Source of the DNA: Thermoproteota archaeon
GTDB lineage: Archaea > Korarchaeota > JAOZGF01 > JAOZFZ01
Length of the DNA stretch: 64,000 nucleotides
Reading direction: 5' to 3'
NCBI GenBank assembly: GCA_027492035.1
Contig: JAOZFT010000032.1
Location: 7,170-71,169, forward strand
Shown: one piece after another, positions 28,906-38,595 of the stretch
Position numbering within the stretch: the first letter of the stretch is position 1
How the letters are laid out: every line of letters starts with the position of its first letter
The notes under the pieces: model-generated
The model's input: the letters and a program-made list of their open reading frames with translations, nothing else
Database searches by the model: none
What the model was told of the DNA's origin: nothing
Made by a program: the position numbers and the translations under genes

Positions 28906-31290
28906 TTGAGGCAGAAATATATAGGTAAAGCTTTACCTCAGCTTGATTCATTTCATAAAGTTACCGGTATAGCCAAATACACACACGACATCTCCCTTCC
29001 CGGTATGCTCCACGTTAAACTCGTAACTAGTACGGAGCCACATGCAGAAATAATCAACATTGATGCAAGTGAAGCTTTAAAAATTCCTGGAGTGGTGGCA
29101 GTTCTTACAGGGAAAGATTTTCCTTACAGGCTTGGGATTTATGTAGGAGATAGAGATGTTTTGGCAATTGACAAAGTTAACTGGGTAGGTCATCCTGTAG
29201 CCGCTGTAGTTGCCGAAACAATGGAGGCAGCTGAGAAAGCCATTGACTTGGTTGAAGTAGATTATAAGCCTTTGAAACCTGTCTTCGACCCCTTTGAAGC
29301 TTTAAAGGAAGAAGCGCCGATTATCCACCCAAAACTTGGTGAATATAGACGTGCACCTGCTTTTACGCCGGTTCCAGGAACAAATATAGCTAATAAATTC
29401 ACTTTAAGGAAGGGAGATGTGGAGAAAGGGTTTAAAGAAGCAGATGTGGTGGTTGAAAACAGATTTTACATGCCCTTCGTAAGTCACTGTTACATGGAGA
29501 CACAATCCGTGGTTGCACATTACCACAAAGACGGGACAATTGAAATATGGACGAGTGCACAGTCTCCATTCGCTGTAAGGAACCTAATGGGTTTGTCACT
29601 AGGTATCCCTATCGGTAAAATAATTATTTATCAGCCCTTTGTGGGAGGAGGTTTCGGAGGTAAAGCAGGGTTACATTGGGAACCATTGGCAGCCTTAATT
29701 TCTAAAAAGGTAGGTTACAAACCTGTTAAGCTTAAACTTTCAAGGAAGGAACAGTTTACTTCAGCACCTGTAAGGGAAGGGTTCCATGCAGAAGTTAAAG
29801 TAGGGGCTAAAAGAAACGGTAAATTAACAGCTTTAAAAGCAAAATTCATTCTTGACAGTGGAGCATTCGCAGATTACACAGTAAATGTTTCTAGAGCTGC
29901 AGGTTACTCTGTGGGGGAAGTATATGACATTCCTAATGTGTACTGTGACTCCTTAGCTGTTTACACAAACAAAGTACCTACTACAGCTATGAGAGGTTTT
30001 GGTCACCCGGAAAGTGCGTGGGCTGTTGAAAGATCCATTGAAATGTTAGCTAACGAATTAAAAATGGATCCCCTAAAACTAAGGTTAATGAATGTTGTTA
30101 AAGCAGGCATATCAACAACCGTAACAGGTGAAAGACTTAGGGAAGATGCAGGTAATCCAGTCCAGTGTTTGGAGGCTGTAGCTAAAGCAATTAACTGGGG
30201 TAAAACCGAAGAAAAACCCAAGGAACCTTGGAAATTTATAGGTAAAGGGTTAGCTGTTTTCTCCAAGGGTCCAGCTCAACCTCCTAATGCTGCTTCTGCA
30301 GCTATTATAAAAATAAATGAGGATGTAACTGTCGATTTAATGGTTGGGACTGGAAACTTCGGACAAGGCACCCTAACAAGTCTGGCGCAAATTGTCGCTG
30401 ATGAATTGGGGGTACCTGTAGAAAAAGTAAGAATAAGAACTATGCGTAGTACAGACACTGTAGCCTATACTTGGCAAACAGTAGGTAGTAGAGGCCTTTT
30501 CACTGATGGAAACGCTGTGCTTGAAGCACTAAAGGATGCTAAAAAACAAATAAAGGAAGTAGCTTCACAGGTCCTTAGAGTTAAGCCTGCAGATTTGGAA
30601 ATAAAAGACGGAAAAGTTATGGTAAAGGGCAGACCCTGGGAAAATGTCCCTTTGAGTGACATAGTCATGGGATATACTTACCCCAATGGCAACTCTATAG
30701 GAGGCCCAATAATAGGTAGAGGTAAATACATCTCCCCAATAAATACTTATTTAGATCCTGAAACAGGTCAAGGAATACCCACTATCTTCTACACCTTTGG
30801 TGCTGCTGCATGCAAAGTTGAAGTTGACGTCCTTACAGGTAAAGTGAAAGTGCTGGAAGCTGCCCAGGCTTTCGATCTAGGAAAAGCCATAAACCCATTA
30901 CTTGTCCGTCAACAAGTTGAAGGGGGCTTTATAATGGGTCTAAGTGTAGCGTTATTTGAAGAGATACAATTTGATGAAAGAGGGTGGGTTCTTAACCCTA
31001 ACTTCTCAACTTACTGGGTTGCCAGGGCTGCAGATATTCCTTCAAAAATAGACACTATACCAGTGGAGAATCCTCAGAAAGATGCACCTTACGGCGCAAG
31101 AGGGATAGGGGAAGTAGTAATGTTAGGTGTCCCCCCTACAATAGCCAACGCTGTACAGAATGCAATAGGGGTAAACATCAATAATTTGCCTTTAACGCCT
31201 GAAAACGTTTGGAAAGCTATAAAGAAGCAGAGGCCTGAATTGGTAGAAGAAATAAAGAAGAAATTGGTTTCATGGAAATGGAAAGTTTAG
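28906..31290 (+). CDS. Xanthine-dehydrogenase-family molybdopterin-binding large subunit
   Basis: 794 aa with a TTG start. Contains the MRGFGHPE (XDH-type RGFG) and QVEGGF (catalytic Glu) motifs. It lacks the VAYRCSFR loop of form I CODH. Confidence 0.85.
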   Translation: MRQKYIGKALPQLDSFHKVTGIAKYTHDISLPGMLHVKLVTSTEPHAEIINIDASEALKIPGVVAVLTGKDFPYRLGIYVGDRDVLAIDKVNWVGHPVAAVVAETMEAAEKAIDLVEVDYKPLKPVFDPFEALKEEAPIIHPKLGEYRRAPAFTPVPGTNIANKFTLRKGDVEKGFKEADVVVENRFYMPFVSHCYMETQSVVAHYHKDGTIEIWTSAQSPFAVRNLMGLSLGIPIGKIIIYQPFVGGGFGGKAGLHWEPLAALISKKVGYKPVKLKLSRKEQFTSAPVREGFHAEVKVGAKRNGKLTALKAKFILDSGAFADYTVNVSRAAGYSVGEVYDIPNVYCDSLAVYTNKVPTTAMRGFGHPESAWAVERSIEMLANELKMDPLKLRLMNVVKAGISTTVTGERLREDAGNPVQCLEAVAKAINWGKTEEKPKEPWKFIGKGLAVFSKGPAQPPNAASAAIIKINEDVTVDLMVGTGNFGQGTLTSLAQIVADELGVPVEKVRIRTMRSTDTVAYTWQTVGSRGLFTDGNAVLEALKDAKKQIKEVASQVLRVKPADLEIKDGKVMVKGRPWENVPLSDIVMGYTYPNGNSIGGPIIGRGKYISPINTYLDPETGQGIPTIFYTFGAAACKVEVDVLTGKVKVLEAAQAFDLGKAINPLLVRQQVEGGFIMGLSVALFEEIQFDERGWVLNPNFSTYWVARAADIPSKIDTIPVENPQKDAPYGARGIGEVVMLGVPPTIANAVQNAIGVNINNLPLTPENVWKAIKKQRPELVEEIKKKLVSWKWKV

Positions 31291-31302
31291 AGGTGAAGAA
31301 AA

Positions 31303-32184
31303 ATGTCTTTTGGTGCACCCTATATTTCAATACCTGAATTCCAGTATCTTAAACCTAAAACTTTGAAAGAAGCGCTTGAAACACTTTCAAAATATGAAGA
31401 TGAAGCTAAAGTGTTAGCTGGGGGTGTAGGCCTTTTAAATCTCATGAAAGAAAGACTAGTGGAGCCTGAATATGTAGTTGATATTAAAGGGATTCCTGAA
31501 CTTAGGAAGGTAACATATGAAGAGGGGAAAGGGTTGACTATAGGGGCAACAGTGACTTTAAGTGAACTGGAAAACAATGAAATAGTGGAGAGGAAGTACA
31601 CAGCCTTACATGAAGCAATAAAGGTTTTAAGTGACCCAGTTTTAAGAAATAGGTCAACATTGGTTGGAAATGTCTGTGAAGCCTTTGCTTGGATGGATAG
31701 TCTATCTCCTCTACTTGTTTTCGACGCTGAATTAAAAGCTTTAAGCGTAAACGGTGAAAGAATGATAAAAGCCAAAGATTTTATTATCGGCCTAGCTGAA
31801 ACAGCCTTGGAACCAAATGAACTGGTTGCATCCATTTTTCTGCCAGAACCACCTAAAAACTCGGCAAGTAAATTTATTAAATTCAGGTCCAGAAGCGAAT
31901 TCAGTGTGATCAACGTGGCTTCTCTCTTGGCAAACAGGGACAATCCTCCAGAAAGAATCTTGAGATTAGCTTATGGAGGAGCTACGCCTTCTCCCGTTAG
32001 GGTATTTGCAGTAGAAAAAGTTTTTAAGCAACAGAAACCCTTAAATGAATTACTTAAGGAAGCTTTAGATGTTGTTTTCAAAGAAGTTTCCCCAATGGAA
32101 GACATGCATGCTTCTAAGGAATACAGGGAACATTTAATGGAAACTTTAACCATTAAAATTATTAGGGAACTCTGGGGTGAATGA
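31303..32184 (+). CDS. Molybdenum hydroxylase FAD-binding medium subunit (CoxM/XdhB-like)
   Basis: 293 aa with a FAD-binding PCMH-type domain (AGGVGLLNLMKE) and a CO-DH flavoprotein C-terminal domain. It lies between the L and S subunit genes. Confidence 0.8.
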   Translation: MSFGAPYISIPEFQYLKPKTLKEALETLSKYEDEAKVLAGGVGLLNLMKERLVEPEYVVDIKGIPELRKVTYEEGKGLTIGATVTLSELENNEIVERKYTALHEAIKVLSDPVLRNRSTLVGNVCEAFAWMDSLSPLLVFDAELKALSVNGERMIKAKDFIIGLAETALEPNELVASIFLPEPPKNSASKFIKFRSRSEFSVINVASLLANRDNPPERILRLAYGGATPSPVRVFAVEKVFKQQKPLNELLKEALDVVFKEVSPMEDMHASKEYREHLMETLTIKIIRELWGE

Positions 32185-32657
32185 AAATGCCAAGAAAAAT
32201 CACCTTCACCGTGAATGGTGTGAAAAAACAGGTGGAGGTTAAGGATAATGAGTTGTTGGCTGATGTTTTAAGAGATAAGCTTCAACTTACAGGTGTAAAG
32301 CAGGCATGTTGGAGAGGGGAATGTGGACTTTGCACAGTACTCCTTAACGGTAAACCTGTTAAATCATGCCTTATCTTAGCTGTTGAAGCAAACGGGGCTG
32401 AAATAGTTACCAGTGAAGGATTAATGGAGGGTGACAAACTATCCCATCTACAAAAGTCATTTGTTGAAAACGGAGCTCTTCAATGTGGTTTCTGCACACC
32501 AGCTTTCACATTGGTAACTCATTATTTACTGACTCAAAAACCTGACGCGTCAGAAGAAGAAATAAGGGAATATATTAGTGGCTTAATTTGTAGGTGTGGA
32601 ACCTATAATGAAATAGTGAAAGCTGTGAAACAGGCTTCTCAATACTACAAAAAATAA
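32181..32657 (+). CDS. Molybdenum hydroxylase [2Fe-2S] small subunit (CoxS/XdhC-like)
   Basis: 158 aa; plant-type 2Fe-2S motif CWRGECGLCTV and a second cluster motif CGFCTP...CRCGTY. Confidence 0.9.
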   Translation: MKMPRKITFTVNGVKKQVEVKDNELLADVLRDKLQLTGVKQACWRGECGLCTVLLNGKPVKSCLILAVEANGAEIVTSEGLMEGDKLSHLQKSFVENGALQCGFCTPAFTLVTHYLLTQKPDASEEEIREYISGLICRCGTYNEIVKAVKQASQYYKK

Positions 32658-32689
32658 GGAAATGAATTTCTTTTCCTCTTTTTCTTTCT

Positions 32690-32875
32690 TTAAAGGATTT
32701 TTGAAAGGATGTCCTTGTATTCTTTTTCTAGTTTAGGGGGCGGCTGCCAAGTGACGTGTACAGCCTTTATTTCTTGGTCAAGCAAGGCATTATAAAATAT
32801 TTCTATGCCTATGTTTATTACTTTTAATTCAGATTTAAATAACTCCATCACTTTCTCACTCATTCCTTTTTTCAC
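32690..32875 (-). CDS. Small hypothetical protein (61 aa)
   Basis: Short ORF 2 nt downstream of the fdrA-like gene on the same strand. No recognisable motif, so it may be spurious. Confidence 0.2.
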   Translation of the reverse strand: MKKGMSEKVMELFKSELKVINIGIEIFYNALLDQEIKAVHVTWQPPPKLEKEYKDILSKIL

Positions 32876-32877
32876 CT

Positions 32878-34500
32878 CTATTGTGGAAACAGGAAAGATT
32901 CATATGTTCTTTCTAATGTATCCTCTTTCATTCTCCCCTTCGATGCCACTGCTGAAGCTAATATAGCCATTAAAGCATTAGTTGGAAGAACTGTAACACC
33001 TAAACTTTCCAGTTTCTTTGTTTGGAGCGAAAGGTTTTGGGGGTCTCTATCCGTCCCGCATACATGGGCTAAAATAGCTAAGTACCTTCCGTTTTTTTCA
33101 GCTGTTTCTTTTGCTTTCCTTATAGCTTCTGTATGGGCTTCAGCTGGGTCTGAATGTGAACCGTAACCTAGAACGAAATCAAGGAGTATAACAGCAACTT
33201 CTGGGTCCTTTGCCTCTTCTATCAACCTTAAATTCCTAATCGTCGGGTCAATCATCGGATGAGCTCTGCCTATGGTGAACTCTTCCTCCCCTAAATCAAC
33301 TACTGTGTGTTGAAAACTTTTGTAAGGGTTTTTTAATCCAAGCCTAGGTTCTAGGGGTGCATTGGAGTAAACGTCTCCCAAAGTTTCTTTTAAGATAATA
33401 AGTGACTCATACGTTAATGTTCCCCCTGTAAAAAGTCCCCTTATGTATTTCTGTTTTTCTTCAAATTGAGAATAAAGCTTTTCACTTTTCCTTAACAACT
33501 CCTCTGCAGGTATTGAAATCTTCTTTTCTGCCTCTTTGAAAAGTTTTTCGTCAAGGAGTCTTACCGACTCTAAAGCTGCTGCATGTAACGTTCTTGTTTG
33601 GACAAGTCTTTCCTTAAGTTGATTGGGTACTTCAAAAACTTTCCCGCCCATGAAACAGGTAACATATTTCTTTTTTGTGTTGTATGTTATATAATCAAGT
33701 ATTTTTTTCTGAACTTCGGGATCTGGTGGTTTAGCCACTAGAGTTACTACTTTTGTTTCGGTATCTTTCTCTAAAGCCTTTATTGACTCTAAAGCCATTA
33801 TTCCCCCCACTTTCTTTTTAACATCTCCTCCACCTATTCCTATTCCCTGTGAAACACCTGAACCGGCTACAGTTATTAAAACACTTACCTCCTGTAAACC
33901 TGTTCCAGCTGCTGCAACTATGCCTATTGGTCCCTTATTTACTACGTTAGCGAAAGCTATTGCTTTGTTATTTATTATTGAGGTGCCTGCAGCAGCCCCC
34001 ATTACAAGGAGACCCCTCTCCTTTGCGTATTCCTTTATTTCAAGTTCATCCTCAATGGGTACATGGTCACTGAATAAGTGCACGTGAATTCCTCTATCTA
34101 AAAGTTTCAGCGTTATTTCTTTAGCGTATTCCCCTGGGACGGAAACGATTGCTAAATTAGCATCAGGTAATGCCTCTAATGCAGTTTCTAAGCTGTAAAA
34201 GTATTGTCCAGCTTTTGGAGGCTTAGTTAGCATTTTTTCAATTGTTTCAACAGCCTTATTTATTATTTCTTCAGTTGATGCGGAAACAGCTATTACCATG
34301 TCGCTTTCTCCAGCTATTTTCCCTTCCTCAACCAATAAACCTAGTTTTTCCAGTATTTCCTTGTTTGTTTTTGTACCCATAACTACAGCTGCATCCATTA
34401 CTCCCTCTATTTTTTTAGCTTGTTCTGACAAATGGAGGAGCTGTAAAGAGTCCCTATAAAAATTCTTCTTCACCACATTTTTTACAGGCAAATTTATCAC
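32878..34500 (-). CDS. FdrA-like acyl-CoA synthetase-fold protein (AllF-like)
   Basis: 540 aa with a succinyl-CoA-synthetase-alpha-like CoA-binding/ligase architecture, as in E. coli FdrA. It neighbours carbamate kinase. Confidence 0.6.
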   Translation of the reverse strand: MINLPVKNVVKKNFYRDSLQLLHLSEQAKKIEGVMDAAVVMGTKTNKEILEKLGLLVEEGKIAGESDMVIAVSASTEEIINKAVETIEKMLTKPPKAGQYFYSLETALEALPDANLAIVSVPGEYAKEITLKLLDRGIHVHLFSDHVPIEDELEIKEYAKERGLLVMGAAAGTSIINNKAIAFANVVNKGPIGIVAAAGTGLQEVSVLITVAGSGVSQGIGIGGGDVKKKVGGIMALESIKALEKDTETKVVTLVAKPPDPEVQKKILDYITYNTKKKYVTCFMGGKVFEVPNQLKERLVQTRTLHAAALESVRLLDEKLFKEAEKKISIPAEELLRKSEKLYSQFEEKQKYIRGLFTGGTLTYESLIILKETLGDVYSNAPLEPRLGLKNPYKSFQHTVVDLGEEEFTIGRAHPMIDPTIRNLRLIEEAKDPEVAVILLDFVLGYGSHSDPAEAHTEAIRKAKETAEKNGRYLAILAHVCGTDRDPQNLSLQTKKLESLGVTVLPTNALMAILASAVASKGRMKEDTLERTYESFLFPQ

Positions 34501-34546
34501 CTAAATTTTTAATTCTATTTCTCCTTCTTTGTTTCCAAGAGTTTAC

Positions 34547-35506
34547 TCATTTATTTTTGTATATTAAGGTCCCTGTTTTTCCATCTAAAGCGTCAACCGC
34601 TTTATTTAACGAGGTAATTATCGCCTTTTTCCCCCCAAACTCCAGAAACCTTATGCAAGCCTTTACTTTCGGCCCCATACTTCCAGCCAAGAAATGGCCC
34701 TCCTCTAAATATTTTTTGGCTTCTTCAATAGACATTGTGTCAATGTCTTTCTCGTTTGGTTTTCCATAGTTCAATTTAGCTTTTTCTACATCCGTCAAGA
34801 TAAGGAAAATGTCGGGTTTCACCACTTCAGCTAGTCTCTCCCCTGCTAAATCTTTATCTATCACTGCTTCAACTCCCTTTAATGAGCCATCCTTCTGCGA
34901 AACAACAGGTATTCCTCCGCCTCCTGAGGCTATAACTATTACCCCTGCATTAACTAGCCTCTTTATTGCTTCCCCCTCTATTGGACGTATAGGGTCAGGT
35001 GAAGGAACAACTCTCCGGTACACTCGTTCACCAGCAGGTTTCACTTTTCTAATGAAGTAATTTCTTTCTTTCTTCAATTCTTCAGCCTCTTCTAAAGTGT
35101 AAAACGGTCCAACGGGTTTATGTGGATCTTGGAAATCCGGATCGTCCTCTCTAACCAACACTTGTGTCACAATAGTTGCTACAGGAATGTTTATACCCTC
35201 TCTTTGTAAATAGTTTATTAATGTCTGTTGTAACATGTAACCTATTTGTCCTTGTGTCATAGCACCTAAGACATCTAAGGGTTGTGCAGGAACTTTACTT
35301 ACTCCCTCTTCCTGTTGGATAAGTAAGTTACCCACCTGAGGACCGTTTCCATGAGTAATAACTAAACCGTAGCCTCTTTTCACTATTTCAAGCAAGTGTT
35401 TACATGTTTCTCTAACGTTTCTAAACTGTTCTTCAGCTGTTCCTTTTTCATCGGCTTGTTTTATTGCGTTTCCTCCCAATGCAATAAGAATAACTTCTTT
35501 TTTCAT
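34547..35506 (-). CDS. arcC: Carbamate kinase
   Basis: 319 aa, amino-acid-kinase family; N-terminal ILIALGGNAI and C-terminal GGGGIPV motifs typical of carbamate kinase. Confidence 0.85.
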   Translation of the reverse strand: MKKEVILIALGGNAIKQADEKGTAEEQFRNVRETCKHLLEIVKRGYGLVITHGNGPQVGNLLIQQEEGVSKVPAQPLDVLGAMTQGQIGYMLQQTLINYLQREGINIPVATIVTQVLVREDDPDFQDPHKPVGPFYTLEEAEELKKERNYFIRKVKPAGERVYRRVVPSPDPIRPIEGEAIKRLVNAGVIVIASGGGGIPVVSQKDGSLKGVEAVIDKDLAGERLAEVVKPDIFLILTDVEKAKLNYGKPNEKDIDTMSIEEAKKYLEEGHFLAGSMGPKVKACIRFLEFGGKKAIITSLNKAVDALDGKTGTLIYKNK

Positions 35507-35638
35507 GTTATCAACCTTTGCAAAAGCGTTTTATCCTTATTTAGAAAGGATGTGAAATAAAGAATAAGGGAAAGCAGTAGTGCTTTTAAAAAATTTTTGC
35601 TTAATTTACCATTTTTCCAGCGTAGAATGTAAAATTCT

Positions 35639-36430
35639 TTATTTTCTTTTAAGAACAATCCCCGCTGGATCTATTTCTTCCCTCAAAACTTTTAATTCCT
35701 TTTCAGTTGGAGAAGGAGTTTGAGGTATCTTTTCCGGGATTATCAGTTCAAAGCTTGTATTTTCAACCACTTCCTTAACAGTTACTCCCGGGTGTAGTGA
35801 AAGTAATTTCATCCTTTTAGTTTCTTCATCGAAACCCATAACCCCTAACTGTGTAATTACTCTGTAAGGACCTGTATCTTCCGGTAAACCAGCTTTTTCC
35901 CTTTCACCTGGCCCTGTTAAATAACCTGGCGTAGTTATGAAATCTACCTTCTTCACGAATCTTTTCTTGTCCTGCCTCATAATAATGATGGTTTTCCATG
36001 CAAGGGAGCCTGCGTCATTAGCCCCACCACTACCAGGCAACCTAACCTTTGGTTTATCAATATCCCCTATCACTGTTGTGTTTATGTTCCCATACATATC
36101 TATTTGAGCGGCACCCAGGAAACCATAGTCAGCGTAACCAGCTTGTAAAAAGGACATTACATAATTCATTGAAGTAGCCATCACTGCCTTGTAGAAAGTT
36201 CTGGAGTCACCAACTGAAATAGGCAGGGTGGGAAGCTGAGGCCCTACTCCTCCTGCTTCAAAAATAATTAAGAGATGGGGTGCATGGGTTTTTTGGGCAA
36301 GTGAAGCTGCTATTATAGGTAAACCAGTGCCCACTAAAACTGATCTGTTATCTTTAAGCATTTTAGAAGCTGCGCAAGCCATTAATTCAATAGTAGAAAA
36401 TCCTCCTTTATCCCTTTCCACAACTCTCAC
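35639..36430 (-). CDS. 3-oxoacid/glutaconate CoA-transferase subunit B
   Basis: 263 aa with family I CoA-transferase beta-subunit features (LPGSGGANDAGS); overlaps the subunit A gene by 4 nt. Confidence 0.75.
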   Translation of the reverse strand: MRVVERDKGGFSTIELMACAASKMLKDNRSVLVGTGLPIIAASLAQKTHAPHLLIIFEAGGVGPQLPTLPISVGDSRTFYKAVMATSMNYVMSFLQAGYADYGFLGAAQIDMYGNINTTVIGDIDKPKVRLPGSGGANDAGSLAWKTIIIMRQDKKRFVKKVDFITTPGYLTGPGEREKAGLPEDTGPYRVITQLGVMGFDEETKRMKLLSLHPGVTVKEVVENTSFELIIPEKIPQTPSPTEKELKVLREEIDPAGIVLKRK

Positions 36431-37440
36431 CTCTCCATCCAGGGAGCTTCCAACCTTACTTGAAGTTTCTCAAGTTTCTTCAAGTAGTTAAGCTTCTTCA
36501 CTCCCCCTACTAAGTTTAAATATTCCACGAAGTCTTTAACACCGTAAACGTATTTGTCTAAATATTGCTCAACCCCTTCATCTGTTTTAGAAAGTTTGAG
36601 CCATTCACCAATATGTTCCTCATCAAAATAGTAAAGATACGGCATGTGACAGGGGTGGCTGCCGTAAGGCACCTCCACAACAGCATCTACGAGGAAGAAA
36701 GGAATAACTGTTCTGTCAGGCCTCTTCCTAATTTCTTCTTCCTCAACTATCTCCTCAGTTGTAACAATTAACCTTCTAGCAGCCCTAGCTAATTCGAAAT
36801 CCATAACCAATATTCCGTCAATTTGGGAGTTTCCGTAAATATCACATCTGTGTACATGCAGTATTGCAACATCTGGATAGCATGCAGGAACAAGGCATAT
36901 TCTTTTCCCAGAGAAGGGGTCTTTCACAACCTTTGATGAACTTCTTTTAAAAGTGTCTGTTCCAAGCAAAACCCTTACAGGCATAAAAGGTAAACCTAAA
37001 GCCGCAGCTTCTAACCTCCATTGGAAAGCAGCGTTGCTCCATTCACTGGCTACTTTCACCTTGCCTTTTTCAACTGCTCTTCTTGAAGCTGGAGACAACC
37101 CCCTTAATTCATGTCCAAAACAGTAAGCAACCTCTACCTTGCTTGCACAACCCGAAGCCATGAGCAAATCTGTGTCATGAACCCCTGTTTTCCCTCCAAC
37201 AATCAAATCCTTCTTTTTCTGCCTAATTATTTCATAAACAGCAGCCATTGGAACTCTTACATGACCAAAGCCGCCGAAAGCAATGTAGCAGCCATTTTTG
37301 ACGTATCTTTTCACCGCTTCCCTTAGATCCATCCTTTTATCCTTTAATGTCCTAAACTTGTTCCTTTCCACCCATTTCCTATGCTCATCAGGATCATGCC
37401 AAGCTAGAAGTTCACCCTCACCTTCCTCGACCACTTCCAT
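36427..37440 (-). CDS. 3-oxoacid/glutaconate CoA-transferase subunit A
   Basis: 337 aa, GctA/AtoD-like, upstream partner of subunit B. Confidence 0.75.
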   Translation of the reverse strand: MEVVEEGEGELLAWHDPDEHRKWVERNKFRTLKDKRMDLREAVKRYVKNGCYIAFGGFGHVRVPMAAVYEIIRQKKKDLIVGGKTGVHDTDLLMASGCASKVEVAYCFGHELRGLSPASRRAVEKGKVKVASEWSNAAFQWRLEAAALGLPFMPVRVLLGTDTFKRSSSKVVKDPFSGKRICLVPACYPDVAILHVHRCDIYGNSQIDGILVMDFELARAARRLIVTTEEIVEEEEIRKRPDRTVIPFFLVDAVVEVPYGSHPCHMPYLYYFDEEHIGEWLKLSKTDEGVEQYLDKYVYGVKDFVEYLNLVGGVKKLNYLKKLEKLQVRLEAPWMER

Positions 37441-37723
37441 TCCTAAACCCCAGTAAAAGTTTTATCTTTATTTGAGGAAGGTAAGGTGTCCCCTCTAAAA
37501 TAAATATTTTACTACTTTCCTTTTGGTTCAATTGACGATTAAGCCTAACCTATTCAGTTGGAAGTAATTATTAAAAAAATAAGACTATTCTTTGAACTTT
37601 TCAGCTTTAAGGTTATGTGTAAATATTTAAAAGAAATTAAGTTAGGAAAAAGAGAATCTGTTTTTAAAACGTTAAAATAAACAAGGAATTAACCAGTAAA
37701 GATAGAAAGAAAAAGAAGGGGAA

Positions 37724-38458
37724 TTAAATTTCTACTTTTTCCGAAATTGTAAAGTTCTTGGCCTTTTTCAACATGTCTTCAGGGACAGGTCTCTCCCCTA
37801 TAAAGTAGGGGAACCTCTTTTTTATGAAACTGTCCCAGTCTTCTTTGGTTATATAAAAGACTCTTGCTCCTCCGAGTTCATGCTGATATTCAGGCCATGG
37901 CTTTTGTTTTTTACCCCATTTTAGTGCAAATACACGTATCCCTATGTAAGACTCGAAAGTCGCCCACCACTCCTTCACTCCAAGGTAGTCGAAAGCGTAT
38001 TCAACTTTTGCAGCATATAGTGACGGACCTAATCCTACTCCCCTTACAAATGACATTGTATGTAAACTATATGCTATGTCGTTGCTATATAACCTAGCAT
38101 TCACTATTCCTGCTAATTTCCCGTCTATTGTCCCCAATAGTAAGTAATGATCTTTTATTCTGTACCTGTACCATGCAAGGATCTCTGCGTAAGTTCTCAC
38201 TGCGACTATGTCGTAGAAATCTTTCTCTACATCGAAATAGGGCCTTATTGCCTTTAAAACTTTTGGTACATCTTCTCTAGTTGCTTGGTGGACAACCATT
38301 TTTGTTCCATCTCTCAAAGTAAGTACTTTCGGTGGGTAAGGAGTGTTTTGCAGTACTGGTGACTCCGGAGGCCTTAAGTTTGGTTCTAAATCCTCAACTT
38401 TAACAGTATATTCAGTTGCTGAAACAGGACAAGGCGGTTTTAAAGCCACGTTCATCAC
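37724..38458 (-). CDS. GNAT-family acetyltransferase (start uncertain)
   Basis: GNAT motif A FVRGVGLGPSLY (R-G-x-G-x-G). The longest ORF is 244 aa, and the true start is probably an internal Met (about 38299). Confidence 0.45.
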   Translation of the reverse strand: MMNVALKPPCPVSATEYTVKVEDLEPNLRPPESPVLQNTPYPPKVLTLRDGTKMVVHQATREDVPKVLKAIRPYFDVEKDFYDIVAVRTYAEILAWYRYRIKDHYLLLGTIDGKLAGIVNARLYSNDIAYSLHTMSFVRGVGLGPSLYAAKVEYAFDYLGVKEWWATFESYIGIRVFALKWGKKQKPWPEYQHELGGARVFYITKEDWDSFIKKRFPYFIGERPVPEDMLKKAKNFTISEKVEI

Positions 38459-38595
38459 TCTCCTTTTTATTTTATTTAAAAAGCTTAAAGCTTACTTTTC
38501 TAACCTATTAGGAAATAAGTATGCATAAGTTTGTGGGTTCAAATTTAAATATTTCTAATTTTTCATTTATCTTTCGATTCTTCCTTTATGTTTTT

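Noticed and set aside
28906-31290. Considered calling the Mo-subunit a form I CO dehydrogenase CoxL because of the CoxLMS order and the CoxG neighbour
   Set aside because: The large subunit lacks the VAYRCSFR active-site loop. It has XDH-type MRGFGHPE and QVEGGF motifs, so it is a hydroxylase of unknown substrate rather than a CODH.
31320-31943. 207-aa minus-strand ORF (and several others, e.g. 18923-19318, 20060-20413, 30003-30668, 43968-44405, 55622-56110) lying antisense inside well-supported genes
   Set aside because: They overlap the opposite strand of strongly supported CDSs. Their translations are low-complexity Ser/Leu/Pro-rich with no motifs, typical mirror-frame artefacts of AT-rich coding DNA.
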